Notes: generated by a model from the letters alone, not told the origin. 64,000 nucleotides of DNA from Candidatus Omnitrophota bacterium (GCA_016198905.1 JACQHR010000004.1:3485-67484), one strand, 5' to 3'. Positions 1 to 13,544 are shown, counted from the stretch's first letter. Program-made: numbers and translations.

Positions 1-198
1 GACCGGGTGGTGTGGAGGGATCGGCGCAACGGAGTTTCGAATATTTACTTGCGCGATCTAAAACGGTTGACGGAGGAACATCTTGCTCCGAGTTGGTCAG
101 GGCAGTACGATCCTGCCATTGCGGGGAACAAGATCGTCTGGGTCGAGTACCGGTCCGACGGCGCCGCCATCTATCTCGACGAACTTCCAGGGAATTGA
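1..198 (+). CDS. C-terminal fragment of a repeat-containing (beta-propeller-like) surface protein; 5' end lies outside the window
   Basis: Frame 1 is open from the window edge to TGA 196-198. The peptide shows a repeated VW.DRR.G..NIY / IVWVEYRSDGAAIY motif resembling TolB/WD40-like propeller blades. Confidence 0.45.
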   Translation, partial: DRVVWRDRRNGVSNIYLRDLKRLTEEHLAPSWSGQYDPAIAGNKIVWVEYRSDGAAIYLDELPGN

Positions 199-202
199 AA
201 CC

Positions 203-1690
203 ATGCTATCTCTCTTTCTACTCCGCCGCGGTCCGCGCGCTCGCCCTCACGAGCGGGGGGCGGTCCTGCTCTTTACCGTCTACATGATCGCCCTCGCACT
301 TCTCCTTCTCAGTGGCGTCTTCCTTCAGCGAACGAACATCGAGATGCTCAGTGTTCGACAGATGCAGAATATGCAGCAAGCGTTCCATCTGGCGGAAGGC
401 GCACTCGATTGGGCGCTGGCGGACGTGGCGCAGAATCCCTCGCGCCCCGATGTCACCGACGAGCCGGTCAGCGGTTTTGCGCAAGACGCGGCCTCCTATA
501 CGCTCACCACCGATTCCGATCCGACACTCAGAACCGTTAAAGCCAACGGCACGTTTGGGACTCTCAAACAGCAGGTGACCGCAACGTTCAAGATCGGTGG
601 CGCGTCATATCCGCAAGAGGGGTTCTGGGCCAACCAGATCAGACTGGGACGGTATGATCAAAATACGTCAACCTTTTTAAATAACAGCCCTCTGCTCAAG
701 GTCGTGGGGACGATTCGAGCGGCGTATGGCATTCCGGGTGCCGTCTCGCTGTACCACATACTCGTGGATGGCACGGATAGCAAGGTGTCAGCCGGACCTT
801 CGCAGCCGCTCACGGTGGATGATTCCACGTATCCTGGATATACCAATCTCTTTCTTCCCGGGTTTCCTTATGATGAGCAGACGGGTATTCGCACCTGGCC
901 TGGAGTGGTGCCCCAGCTGACGCAAGATCCTCAAGCCTACCCCCTGACGCTTCCGCAGCGGATCGATCCGCGCAACGATCCGCTGGTCGATCCGAGCGTA
1001 CCCTCAAACCAGTGTCAGTCGAGCGGCGATCTTTTCTTGAAAAATTCCCAGCGCCACACGGTGAATAATGGAGACACGGGAGACACGCCTGATCTTGACC
1101 CAGCACCCGGACGCATTCTGGTGTGCTTTCACACCTTAGTCCTCGATGGGCGCAGCAAGCTGATCTTCACGGCCCCGGCGACGATCTATCTGACCGGCTA
1201 CGTTGATCCGTTGAACGATCCTCGCTATGACCACTTACTTGATCGTTTTGAATTTGCCGGATTCGGCACCGGCAATAGCGTGGCGTTTGCGCAGAATCAG
1301 AAAACGACACTCCAGGCCGTGGATGGCCCCGGCGCCAACGCCCCGGTGTATAACAACGGGGTCGAGATCGTGGTGCCGGAGTGGGCGGATCGCAACCCCT
1401 GGGGACGCACAGACCTCATGTTTGTCGGTGGAACGTTCCACGGCTCTGTTGCGGCTCCGGAGGCCGGTGTCGTGGCGTGGGGAGGGGAGAACTTCAACCC
1501 TATCCGGATTGTCGCCGATGATATCTATTACGCGGGCAGTGCGGTCGCTGAGCCTTCAATCACGCGCTCAAGCGATCTTGTGTTAACACAACACGAAGGA
1601 GACGGCACCCCGAATCCGCAGCTCTCGGGGGGCGGCAATCGCCCCACGATCCTCAGTTGGACAAACACCTCCTCATCATCCTCCCCGTAA
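203..1690 (+). CDS. PilX-N-like pilus/pseudopilin assembly protein (N-terminal hydrophobic helix, long uncharacterised C-terminal region)
   Basis: Track ORF 83..1690 trimmed to the first ATG after the upstream stop. The N-terminus ERGAVLLFTVYMIALALLLLSGVFLQR...QQAFHLAEGALDWA resembles the PilX N-terminal domain pattern. No other motif recognised. Confidence 0.5.
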   Translation: MLSLFLLRRGPRARPHERGAVLLFTVYMIALALLLLSGVFLQRTNIEMLSVRQMQNMQQAFHLAEGALDWALADVAQNPSRPDVTDEPVSGFAQDAASYTLTTDSDPTLRTVKANGTFGTLKQQVTATFKIGGASYPQEGFWANQIRLGRYDQNTSTFLNNSPLLKVVGTIRAAYGIPGAVSLYHILVDGTDSKVSAGPSQPLTVDDSTYPGYTNLFLPGFPYDEQTGIRTWPGVVPQLTQDPQAYPLTLPQRIDPRNDPLVDPSVPSNQCQSSGDLFLKNSQRHTVNNGDTGDTPDLDPAPGRILVCFHTLVLDGRSKLIFTAPATIYLTGYVDPLNDPRYDHLLDRFEFAGFGTGNSVAFAQNQKTTLQAVDGPGANAPVYNNGVEIVVPEWADRNPWGRTDLMFVGGTFHGSVAAPEAGVVAWGGENFNPIRIVADDIYYAGSAVAEPSITRSSDLVLTQHEGDGTPNPQLSGGGNRPTILSWTNTSSSSSP

Positions 1691-1840
1691 TTCCAGAGCT
1701 CCCATAGCTCGAAGAAGGCGCGCTGGACTTCACATCACGTGAGCGTCGAGTCTGACACAGGTCATAGAACCTCATCCTCTCCAGGAGTAGCCTAAGGCCG
1801 TGATCTCGTTACGTGGGGTGTGTGGACGCGGAGGTGAGTG

Positions 1841-2299
1841 ATGCAAATCCGTGAACTGATGACGGCGGATCCGGACGCGTGTGTGGCAACGGAGAGTTGT
1901 GCTGCGGCGGTGACGATCATGCGGCGGCGCAACTGCGGGTTTGTGCCCATCGTGGAGAGTCATGCAACCAAACGCGTGATCGGCGTCGTGACTGATCGGG
2001 ATATCGCGCTCCATTTTGAGCGGGCGGTGCGGCCAGCCAGCGAGGTGGCGGTGGGGGAGTGCATGACGAGAGATGTGAAGAGCATTGCCCCGAGCGCCGG
2101 TCTGAACGAAGCGGCAACGCTGATGGAGCGGTTTGCCATCCATCGACTGCCTGTCGTTGACCAGGGTCGATTGGTTGGGGTGTTATCGCTCAAGGATATT
2201 GCGGTCGCGGCTGATAAGCGATGGGCCTATCCCGGATCGAGCACGGCGGAGCAGAAGTTGGGAGAAATCGTCGAGGCGATCGCCTCGGCGCGCAGTTAG
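1841..2299 (+). CDS. CBS domain pair protein
   Basis: ATG directly after GTG 1838, with GGAGGTGAG RBS upstream. Two CBS-like units (IRELMT..VPIV....VIGVVTDRDI and ECMTRDV...HRLPVVDQGRLVGVLSLKDI). Confidence 0.8.
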   Translation: MQIRELMTADPDACVATESCAAAVTIMRRRNCGFVPIVESHATKRVIGVVTDRDIALHFERAVRPASEVAVGECMTRDVKSIAPSAGLNEAATLMERFAIHRLPVVDQGRLVGVLSLKDIAVAADKRWAYPGSSTAEQKLGEIVEAIASARS

Positions 2300-2334
2300 A
2301 AGGTCGGAGGCTGCAACCTAACCCGGAGGAGAGG

Positions 2335-2538
2335 ATGAGCGGGGTGGTGGGACTGTTGCGGACGCATCGCAGCAAGAGAACAGACGAGCAGCCGCTCGAT
2401 CATGGCGAAGTCGCGCGCGTGGCGTATCAGCTGTACGAGGAACGCGGGTGCGCCCCGGGACATGCGCTGGAGGATTGGCTCAAGGCGGAAGCGATTGTCC
2501 GTCGACGGAGAAGCGAGCGCAGTACGCGGATTATCTAA
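2335..2538 (+). CDS. DUF2934-like small protein
   Basis: ATG 2335 preceded by GGAGGAGAGG. Motif VARVAYQLYEERGCAPGHALEDWLKAEAIV matches the DUF2934 pattern. A paralogue lies at 56425..56616. Confidence 0.6.
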   Translation: MSGVVGLLRTHRSKRTDEQPLDHGEVARVAYQLYEERGCAPGHALEDWLKAEAIVRRRRSERSTRII

Positions 2539-2619
2539 CCGCGGATGAACGCAACACCCTAGCGGATTTCGGCTAGAGAGAGGGGTCCTACCGATCGTGC
2601 GTCATAGAGGATTACGGAC

Positions 2620-3390
2620 ATGATGCTTACGGCGGCATGGACAATTGGCACGCTGGTGCTTTTTGTGCTCGAAGCCTTCGTGGTTGGGGTCGCGCTCTAT
2701 CCGGCCGCGATGTCGTGGTATGCGGTGTGGATGCAGACGGCATCCTTCGATCCGGCGGTGAGGATGTTGTGGCTCTGCGTGGCGGCAGCGGCGGGGTTGT
2801 TCATCTACGGATTCACGCTGATGGGGATGATGGGGCTGCTGCGGATCCTGCTGCGCGTGCGGGTGTCAGAGGGGGAGTTTCCGCTCCTCTCGCTGGGAGC
2901 GGCGAAGTGGGGCCTGTCGATGGCGCTGAAATCGCCGGTGTCCCACACATTCATGAATATCATTGTCCTGACCCCGTTCATGGTGTTCTTCCTGCGTCTC
3001 ATGGGAGCCAGAGTGGGCAGAGGTGTTCACATCAATTCGAAGTCCTGCGCGGATCCTCTCCTGCTTGAAATCGGGGACGGTTCCGTGATTGGGGGACACG
3101 CCACGATCATCGGGCATACGTTTGAACGGGGCAAGCTCATCCTCAAGAAGGTCACGATCGGTCAGCATGTCGTTGTAGGACTCAACGCCGTGATTTTGCC
3201 GGGAGCGGTGATCGGAGATGGTGCCGTGATCGCCGCGGGCGCGATTGTGCCAAAAGACACGATCGTGGCACCCGGCGCCATCTATAAAGGCATTCCAGTT
3301 GCCTCCGACGATGTTCGAAGTTCGTTCACGAGACCTCGTACGCCGCTGATGATGCCTCTGCCTCGAAGGAGAAGCCTGTACGATTCGTAG
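2620..3390 (+). CDS. Membrane-anchored hexapeptide-repeat (left-handed beta-helix) acyltransferase-like protein
   Basis: The N-terminal ~130 aa are hydrophobic (several predicted TM helices). The C-terminal part has imperfect hexapeptide repeats (IGDGSVIGGHATIIGH...VTIGQHVVVGLNAVILPGAVIGDGAVIAAGAIV). Confidence 0.65.
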   Translation: MMLTAAWTIGTLVLFVLEAFVVGVALYPAAMSWYAVWMQTASFDPAVRMLWLCVAAAAGLFIYGFTLMGMMGLLRILLRVRVSEGEFPLLSLGAAKWGLSMALKSPVSHTFMNIIVLTPFMVFFLRLMGARVGRGVHINSKSCADPLLLEIGDGSVIGGHATIIGHTFERGKLILKKVTIGQHVVVGLNAVILPGAVIGDGAVIAAGAIVPKDTIVAPGAIYKGIPVASDDVRSSFTRPRTPLMMPLPRRRSLYDS

Positions 3391-3527
3391 TTGAAAGTCC
3401 CTCCCTGTCCGCCAGCCCAGCGCCATGATCGAATTCCCATCGGGAAGGTGGTACAATCACGACGTGAGTGTCCGTGATACGGCTTGCCGAGAGGCGGAAT
3501 CCCACGTAGGCACACAGACCCCTGGCG

Positions 3528-4499
3528 ATGAGAAAACTGGACGGCGCATACACGACAGTCGTTGGCCTCGCAGGAGTGGCCGTGCTATTCGTGGCAGCCC
3601 CCAGCCTGACGGTTGCGGAAGAGTCGCTCTGGCGGCAGGTGCGCATCAATCTCGTGATGCGCGAGCGTCCGACGCTCGATGTCGTCGAAAGCGCGAACGA
3701 TGCGGTACGCGCCGCCGAGCGCGAGCACGGCGCCGAACACCTGGCCGTGGCGACTCCACTTGAAACGCTTGGGCTGCTCTACCAGTCACAGGGCCGCTAC
3801 GCCGAAGCCCAACAGACCTTTGAACGCCAGCTTCGCATTTTGGAGGCCCGATTCGGTGCCGGCCATCCCAAGGTCGCGACGAGCCGTCATCGCTTAGGTC
3901 TGCTCGCGCATCTTCAAGGACGCGATGAGGAAGCCGAGCGGTTGCTGCGGCAGGCGCTGGCCATGCGGCAAGTCGAGCTCGGGCCATACGACGGCGACGT
4001 CGCCGAATCGCTGATCGATCTGGGCATCTTCTACGATCTGCAACAGCGGATGGAGGAGGCCGGAATGCTCCTCGAGCGCGGCGTGGCCGTCCGCGAGCGG
4101 CACAAGAGCACGGCACCGTTGGAGTATGCGAAGGCGCTCAACGCGCTGGCGTCTCACGCGTACCTCCAGCAGCGGTATGCCGACGCCGTTCCCTTGACCG
4201 AACAAGCCCTCGCGATTGATCAGCGAGAGTTGGGTGTTGACAGCTCGGAAGCGGCGGCGGATCTGACCAACCTTGGCGTGCTGCAGGAGCATGTCGGGCA
4301 TTATGAACAAGCCGAGCAGTTGTACCGACAGGCGATGGCGATTTGGGAGTCGGCGTTGGGAGAAGACCGTCCGGCGAGTGTTCCGCCACCAGGTCTGCAG
4401 TCACCGGTGATGCAGCGAGTGAGGCCCGCGGGACTTGTTGAGGACGCAGCAGCGTCGTCGATGCCTGCAAGTTCCGGGACATCTCAGCGGCGTCCGTGA
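3528..4499 (+). CDS. Secreted tetratricopeptide-repeat protein
   Basis: N-terminal signal-like segment (VVGLAGVAVLFVAAPSLTVA). Followed by repeated ~42-aa TPR_10/12-like units (LA..L..LG.LY..QGRY.EAE.L..RAL.I.E...G..HP.VA). Confidence 0.8.
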   Translation: MRKLDGAYTTVVGLAGVAVLFVAAPSLTVAEESLWRQVRINLVMRERPTLDVVESANDAVRAAEREHGAEHLAVATPLETLGLLYQSQGRYAEAQQTFERQLRILEARFGAGHPKVATSRHRLGLLAHLQGRDEEAERLLRQALAMRQVELGPYDGDVAESLIDLGIFYDLQQRMEEAGMLLERGVAVRERHKSTAPLEYAKALNALASHAYLQQRYADAVPLTEQALAIDQRELGVDSSEAAADLTNLGVLQEHVGHYEQAEQLYRQAMAIWESALGEDRPASVPPPGLQSPVMQRVRPAGLVEDAAASSMPASSGTSQRRP

Positions 4500-4558
4500 T
4501 CGCGGTGTGGGAACGAGAACGACATCATGGTTCTGATCGCCTGAAGGGTAGAGGATCC

Positions 4559-5179
4559 GTGCTGAAGGGCGGCATCGCATGCCTCGCTATGAGTTTGGCG
4601 GTCGCCCTGCCGACGCTGAGTGCCGCGAAGGAGGGCACGATAGACTTGTCCCTTCCGGTGGCGGTCCCTCACGGTCGGATGGAGCAAGCCGGTGTGTCCG
4701 TTGATATCGACGTGCTCGATGCGCAACACACCGTCGACATTTTTGACGTCGATCTCATCAAGAAAGGCGTGCAGCCGGTCATGATCAAGATTCACAATCA
4801 CAGCATGCAGACCTATCGATTTAAGAAATCCGACGTCGACGCGCACTACATTCCCGCCGCCGTGGCGGCAAAGAAGGCGTATGAGAATCCGGTTCGGATT
4901 GGGGGCCGCTTCGTCAGGCGGGCGGTGGGCACGATTCCGCGATGGCTGCTCAATGCACCGAGCGGGATTGCGCGTGAGCATGCGGCCGATCAGCCGCTGT
5001 TGAATCGCGAGATGCAAGCCAGTTTTGTGCGGGGAGAAATCGCGGATGCCGATATCGCGCCCAACGCGACACTCGAAGGATTCCTGTACCTGAAGCCGCT
5101 TCAACCTGGCGTGCATGTCCGTATTCCGCTCTTGAATACGAGCACGCAAGAGCTGCTGATGTTTGATCGCGCCCGATAG
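4559..5179 (+). CDS. Hypothetical exported protein (start uncertain: GTG 4496, GTG 4559 or ATG 4589)
   Basis: ORF 4496..5179. GTG 4559 follows AGAGGA and gives an N-terminal signal-like sequence LKGGIACLAMSLAVALPTLSAAKEG. No recognised domain. Confidence 0.45.
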   Translation: MLKGGIACLAMSLAVALPTLSAAKEGTIDLSLPVAVPHGRMEQAGVSVDIDVLDAQHTVDIFDVDLIKKGVQPVMIKIHNHSMQTYRFKKSDVDAHYIPAAVAAKKAYENPVRIGGRFVRRAVGTIPRWLLNAPSGIAREHAADQPLLNREMQASFVRGEIADADIAPNATLEGFLYLKPLQPGVHVRIPLLNTSTQELLMFDRAR

Positions 5180-5251
5180 CCGTTAATGGCTTTGTGAACC
5201 CGCCCCGCCACGTTCCGAACAACGACATCCACAAAAGGAGCATGACGTCTC

Positions 5252-5500
5252 ATGGTTAAAACGATTGGGCTGATTGCGGCGGTGGCGATGCCATTGTGGA
5301 ATATCCCGCTCATCCTTAAGCTTGAGCAGCGCAAGTCTTCGAAAGATATCAGCGTGGCGTGGGCGGTTGGCGTGTGGGTGTGTATCGTGTTGATGGTGCC
5401 AGCAGGGCTCACCTCGGCCGATGCGGTGTTTCGCGCGTTCACCGTTGTGAATACCATCTTGTTTACTGCGGTGGCGATTCAAGTGGTCCGGTATCGTTAG
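5252..5500 (+). CDS. Three-TM PQ-loop / SemiSWEET-like small membrane protein
   Basis: 82 aa with three hydrophobic helices. The TM1-loop sequence PLWNIPLILKLEQRKSSKDISV resembles the PQ-loop motif (P-Q..K.KS..G/D-IS), with Q replaced by L. Confidence 0.5.
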   Translation: MVKTIGLIAAVAMPLWNIPLILKLEQRKSSKDISVAWAVGVWVCIVLMVPAGLTSADAVFRAFTVVNTILFTAVAIQVVRYR

Positions 5501-5691
5501 CCCAACGGCAGACATTGGGCGACTTCATGGCGTCAGCTCCCATCTGGGGCGTGGCGCTTTTTCCATTGGTAGGGCCCTCCCCGAAGAACAAGACGGCCGT
5601 CAGGAATAATTCCAAGTGCGGCAGCGAGCAGAACACGGTAAAATAATCAATTTGACGGCCCTTCTCGCTCCCGATCAGGAAGAGGCTCGCG

Positions 5692-10194
<4,503 letters not shown>

Positions 10195-10302
10195 AAGAGC
10201 AAGCACGCAGCAGACAGCACACAGCAGTAAGATCGGACACACCTAAGACCGACCACCTGGTACATTCGTTGATCTTCATCGCTCGGGAGCCGTTCGTCTG
10301 CC

Positions 10303-11388
10303 ATGACTGTCACTGAAGCTCAAGTTCTTCAAGCGCTCAAGGTTGTGCAGGATCCTGATCTGAAGCGCGACCTCGTCTCGCTGGGGTTCATCAAGAACGT
10401 CAGCGTGCAGGGCGATCGCGTCAGCTTTGCGATTGAGCTGACGACGCCTGCGTGTCCGGTGCGCGACCTCATGAAGGAAGAGGCGCGTGCCGCGGTCGCA
10501 GCACTGCCCGGCGTCGCACAGGTCGACATCACGATGACCTCGCAGGTACGCACCTCGATCGCCGCGCAGAACGCCGATCGCCTGATTCCGACGATCAAAA
10601 ACGTGATTCCGATTGCCAGCGGGAAGGGCGGCGTGGGCAAATCGACGGTGAGTGCCAATCTCGCCTTAGCACTCGCGCGCACCAGCGCGCGGGTTGGCGT
10701 CATGGATGCGGACGTCTACGGCCCGAGCATCCCGACGATCCTTGGTATCACCGATCAGCCCGAGGTCGATGAGCAGAATCGCATCACGCCCGTCGAGCGC
10801 AGCGGCCTCAAGGTCATGTCGATGGGCTTCTTCATGAAGCCTGAGGAAGCGGTCGTCTGGCGCGGGCCGATGCTACATAAGACCGTTGAGCAATTCCTCG
10901 GCGGCGTGAAGTGGGGTGAGCTCGACTATCTCATCATCGATTTGCCGCCCGGGACCGGCGATGTGCAGCTCTCACTCTGTCAGATGATCCCGATTACGGG
11001 CGCGGTGATTGTCTCGACGCCGCAGGACGTGGCCCTCAACGTTGCGCAAAAAGCGATTGCGATGTTCAAGAAGCTCAACGCGCCGATCCTCGGCGTCATC
11101 GAGAACATGAGCTACTACCTGTGCCCGCACTGCGGCAAGCGTGACGACATCTTTGGGACGGGCGGAGCGAAGCAGATAGCACGGCGATTGGAGATTCCAT
11201 TCCTCGGAGAGATTCCTCTAGCGACACCGATCCGTATCGCCTCGGATGCGGGCAAACCGGTGGTGTTGACCGATCCAACATCGTCGTCGGCAAAGGCGTT
11301 CATTGAAGCCGCCGAGCGCCTCGCCGCGCAAGTCAGCATCCGCGGCATGCAAGGCGAGCTTGCCCCTCAAGTGAAAGTGACATTCTAG
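10303..11388 (+). CDS. apbC: Fe-S cluster carrier ATPase Mrp/ApbC/NBP35 family with N-terminal DUF59/MIP18 domain
   Basis: DUF59-like N-terminus (VLQALKVVQDPDLKRDLVSLGFI...TTPACP). Deviant Walker A IASGKGGVGKST. CPHC cluster-ligand motif. Confidence 0.9.
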   Translation: MTVTEAQVLQALKVVQDPDLKRDLVSLGFIKNVSVQGDRVSFAIELTTPACPVRDLMKEEARAAVAALPGVAQVDITMTSQVRTSIAAQNADRLIPTIKNVIPIASGKGGVGKSTVSANLALALARTSARVGVMDADVYGPSIPTILGITDQPEVDEQNRITPVERSGLKVMSMGFFMKPEEAVVWRGPMLHKTVEQFLGGVKWGELDYLIIDLPPGTGDVQLSLCQMIPITGAVIVSTPQDVALNVAQKAIAMFKKLNAPILGVIENMSYYLCPHCGKRDDIFGTGGAKQIARRLEIPFLGEIPLATPIRIASDAGKPVVLTDPTSSSAKAFIEAAERLAAQVSIRGMQGELAPQVKVTF

Positions 11389-11439
11389 ATGGGGCGGGGG
11401 GCGAGGGGCACGGGGCGAGGGAAACGTCGAGCGAACTCT

Positions 11440-11940
11440 ATGGATGCGTTTGACCCGACGGATATCTTTGCTGCGCTCAATGCGGCGCAGGTGAAATATC
11501 TGCTCATCGGGGGTCTTGCGGTGATTTTCCATGGCATTAGGCGGACGACAGGTGACGTGGACCTGTCGGTTCATCTGACGACCGACAACCTCGAACGCCT
11601 CGCGATGGCACTCAGGCACCTTGGCTTTGTCCCTCGGGTGCCGGCGCCAATTGCCGGACTTGCTGATCCCAAGACGCGGCGGATGTGGACGCAACAGCGG
11701 GGCATGAAGGTCTATTCGTTCATTGAGCCTTATGGGATTCCACCAAGGAACATCGATGTGATGGTGGAGCCGTTGAAAGATTTTGAAGCGGTGTATCGAA
11801 GACGCAAGGTGGCTGCCCTGCGGGGTATTCCTGTGCCGCTGATCCCTGTCAAGGAGCTTGCACAGATGAAGCGAAAGGCGGGGCGCCCACAAGATCTTCA
11901 AGATGTGCAGGACTTGCGGCTGGCTGGAAAAATTCCATGA
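11440..11940 (+). CDS. Small nucleotidyltransferase-fold protein (MNT/DUF6036-like)
   Basis: Track ORF 11389..11940 starts 1 nt after the apbC stop. ATG 11440 gives an NTase G-x-G...D-x-D pattern (LLIGGLAVIFHGIRRTTGDVDLSV) and a C-terminal KRKAGRPQDLQDVQDL motif typical of this family. Confidence 0.55.
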   Translation: MDAFDPTDIFAALNAAQVKYLLIGGLAVIFHGIRRTTGDVDLSVHLTTDNLERLAMALRHLGFVPRVPAPIAGLADPKTRRMWTQQRGMKVYSFIEPYGIPPRNIDVMVEPLKDFEAVYRRRKVAALRGIPVPLIPVKELAQMKRKAGRPQDLQDVQDLRLAGKIP

Positions 11941-12137
11941 AGCGCTATCCCCTCGGGTCCTATGAGGAGACACGGCAATTCATGTTCAGACAATTTAGTC
12001 GGCTCACGCCTGATCAGAAATTGGACTGGCTCTCTAGCATGTTGAAGTTTCTTGACACAGTGAATCCTGCCGCACGATGGCGGCGCCTTGGATTGGCGGT
12101 GCCTCGCCGGATCATCAAGCGTCGAAAGAGATCATGA
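11937..12137 (+). CDS. Hypothetical 66-aa protein, translationally coupled to flanking genes
   Basis: ATGA overlap with the upstream gene (11937-11940) and with the downstream DUF971 gene (12134-12137). Basic C-terminus. No recognised motif. Confidence 0.4.
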   Translation: MKRYPLGSYEETRQFMFRQFSRLTPDQKLDWLSSMLKFLDTVNPAARWRRLGLAVPRRIIKRRKRS

Positions 12138-12457
12138 ACCAGACGAGCGCGCCTGTACCGACTGAAATCGGACGGGCGAATCAGCACGATGTGAAGATCA
12201 TTTGGCAGGATGGGCACGAGAGCGTGTATCCGGCGCGCGAGCTGCGGTTGAAGTGTCCGTGCGCCGGCTGCGTCGATGAAATGACCGGAGCGATTCGTAT
12301 CATCGCCACGAGCATCCCGCCGGATGTGCATCCGCTGAAGATCGACCTCATCGGCCGCTATGCGATCACGATCCATTGGTCCGACGGCCACCGCACCGGC
12401 ATTTATGCATTTCAACTCTTGAGAGCGCTCTGTCCATGTTGCGCCGCCAAATCGTAA
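12134..12457 (+). CDS. DUF971 (gamma-butyrobetaine hydroxylase-like N-terminal domain) protein
   Basis: Motifs IIWQDGHESVYPARELRLKCPCAGC and YAITIHWSDGHRTGIY match the DUF971 pattern. ATG 12134 chosen inside track ORF 12077..12457. Confidence 0.7.
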   Translation: MNQTSAPVPTEIGRANQHDVKIIWQDGHESVYPARELRLKCPCAGCVDEMTGAIRIIATSIPPDVHPLKIDLIGRYAITIHWSDGHRTGIYAFQLLRALCPCCAAKS

Positions 12458-12936
12458 TTGGAGCGATTGCGTTGGTGCTCATGGTTGGCAGAATCGTGTC
12501 TGCGCAAGAACCGCCGGTGCGGCCGTGTCAGTCGGAGGACGTCGTTGGCACGTGGACCTTGGTGAGCTTGAAACCCAACATCCCGCCACGCAGCGATGAT
12601 CCAGATTTCTTCCCGCACCAGCTGTGGACCTTCACCGCATCGGGAACAATGCGGATCATGAAGCGGGCCACTCCGTTCAAGGCGGACGAGCTGGGAAAGT
12701 TTATCCATGTGTCGTCACATGAGCCGTCGATGACAACTTCATATCAAGTCTATGCTGAACGAGCTGCATTGGTGATGTCTCCGCAAGGGGCACCGTCTCC
12801 ATATTTGTTCTCCTGCTTGGTGGTCGCACAGGCGCATGAGGCAGCGGGGCTGAAGCCCGGTGACTTATTGCTCGACCTGCGCACGGCAGACGGGCGCGAA
12901 ATCGTTCTAGGTCACCATCTCAGAAAACTGCAGTAA
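12436..12936 (+). CDS. Hypothetical secreted protein
   Basis: ATG 12436 gives a signal peptide MLRRQIVIGAIALVLMVGRIVSAQE. No recognised domain. Confidence 0.5.
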   Translation: MLRRQIVIGAIALVLMVGRIVSAQEPPVRPCQSEDVVGTWTLVSLKPNIPPRSDDPDFFPHQLWTFTASGTMRIMKRATPFKADELGKFIHVSSHEPSMTTSYQVYAERAALVMSPQGAPSPYLFSCLVVAQAHEAAGLKPGDLLLDLRTADGREIVLGHHLRKLQ

Positions 12937-13171
12937 AGTGGTTCAGTGTCATTGAGCAGACGAACGGCTAGGCAGCGCCATTAAGAACATTAGCTCTCTT
13001 GCCATTAATCTTGAAGCTGCAAACTTGGAGCAAGTGGCCAGCACATAAGAGGCGGCCCGCGGCTTGCCTCCCCGGCTCGCCAGTCGTGATTGTCGGGGCG
13101 GGCGGCGCTAGATGACCGTCGGGCCGGGGAGGACGCCTCCGGATTCTCGAGTGACAAAGGAGATGAGAGTG

Positions 13172-13519
13172 ATGCGCATTCGTAAACGATATGTCATGTT
13201 GGTGCTGGGTCTGATGATGTTAGCTGCTCCAGCATTTGGAGCGGAGGGAGAGTCCTTTTATGATAAGCAAGGCGATCACCACTTTGTGCCAAAGGTGGGT
13301 TTCGTGCCAGACGAAGACACGGCAATCAAAATTGCCGAAGCGATCTGGGCTCCAATTTACGGGGAGAGCCTCAATGATGAGCGGCCATTCCATGCCAACC
13401 TGGTTGGGGATATTTGGCATGTCGAAGGATCTCTCCCAGAAGGTATGAGTGGAGGTGTGGCCGAAGCCGAAATTGCCAAGGCGGATGGAAGAATTCTTCG
13501 AGTCTCGCATGGGAAATAG
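13172..13519 (+). CDS. NTF2-fold (YbbC/YhhH-type immunity-protein-like) small exported protein
   Basis: AAGGAG lies 9 nt upstream of ATG 13172. Signal peptide present. Motifs DEDTAIKIAEAIWAPIYGE, GDIWHVEGSL, GGVAEAEIAKADGRILRVSHGK resemble the NTF2-fold immunity family. Confidence 0.5.
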   Translation: MRIRKRYVMLVLGLMMLAAPAFGAEGESFYDKQGDHHFVPKVGFVPDEDTAIKIAEAIWAPIYGESLNDERPFHANLVGDIWHVEGSLPEGMSGGVAEAEIAKADGRILRVSHGK

Positions 13520-13544
13520 TACTGGAAAAATCGGGGACGGTTCT

